DNA of 64,000 nucleotides from Torpedo marmorata. Lineage: Eukaryota. Position numbers and translations under genes: made by a program. This document shows, piece by piece, positions 63,505 to 64,000 of this stretch (its first letter is position 1; every line of letters starts with the position of its first letter). The notes beneath the pieces are model-generated. The model was not told where the DNA came from and did no database searches. It saw only the letters and a list, made by a program, of their open reading frames with translations. The stretch covers positions 138,322,001-138,386,000 of the forward strand of contig OZ360224.1 in assembly GCA_977017645.1 (NCBI GenBank), given 5' to 3'.

Positions 63505-63860
63505 TCAGCTAAGGGAGAAAACCCCAGCACTAAGCTCACAGTCTACAATGCAGCAGTGATTGCTGCCCTCCTATATCCCTTTGAGATATGATCAGCCTGT
63601 ATAAGCAACCTGAAACACCGGAGAATGACAATAGGCACTTTGTAGAAGCTTCCAAATATAATGGCAGGGCAGACAAAGCAAGCCAATGTCCCCTGCATCA
63701 AAGCTTTCAAGCACGAGTGGACAGGCCACATCTTCTGCATGCCTGATGCTGGACTTCCAAAACAGGAACTTTATTCCATGATTCATCAGGGCAAGAAATT
63801 TCTTAGAGGTCACAGAAAACGCTTCAAGGATATTCTTGAAATTTCTTTGAAAAATATGTA
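63505..63860 (+). mobile_element. RTE (BovB-like) LINE fragment
   Basis: TKLTVYNAAVIAALLYP, WTGHIFCMPDAGLPKQELY, RKRFKDIL coding. Confidence 0.75.
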
Positions 63861-64000
63861 CTTCCATCAGGTATCCCAGGCCTCTGCTGCTACAGGGAAA
63901 GTAGTCCGAGTTTGTCCATCCTCTCCTTATAGTTCATATGTACTCTCTAATTCAGGCAATATTTTGGTGAATCTTTTTTGCACTTTCTCCAAAGCCTTCC

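Overview
Eukaryotic, AT-rich, transposon-dense DNA with no recognisable host protein-coding exon, so most likely a long intron or gene desert. The repeat mix (V-SINE/HE1-like SINEs, CR1, Rex1/Babar, RTE, L1, Tx1, abundant Neptune-type Penelope elements) suggests a vertebrate, probably a cartilaginous fish; this is inference. All long ORFs are TE-derived. Main elements: (1) a complete but decayed ~4.2 kb Ty3/Gypsy LTR retrotransposon (41305-45477) with no tRNA primer-binding site; instead an 18-nt stretch perfectly complementary to its own LTR gives self-priming geometry and covers a candidate poly(A) signal. (2) Many Penelope-like insertions with 11-17 bp target-site duplications, usually inverted (fold-back), carrying minimal hammerhead ribozyme motifs with a non-canonical U3 core. 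(3) A 5'-truncated pogo/Passer-type DD35D transposase with an uninterrupted reading frame and a 5 x 32 bp subterminal array, plus related MITEs, one with a ~250 nt GC-rich hairpin. (4) Assorted LINE/SINE fragments, including a probable twin-primed L1. Boundaries of old repeats are approximate and family names come from motif recognition, not database searches.
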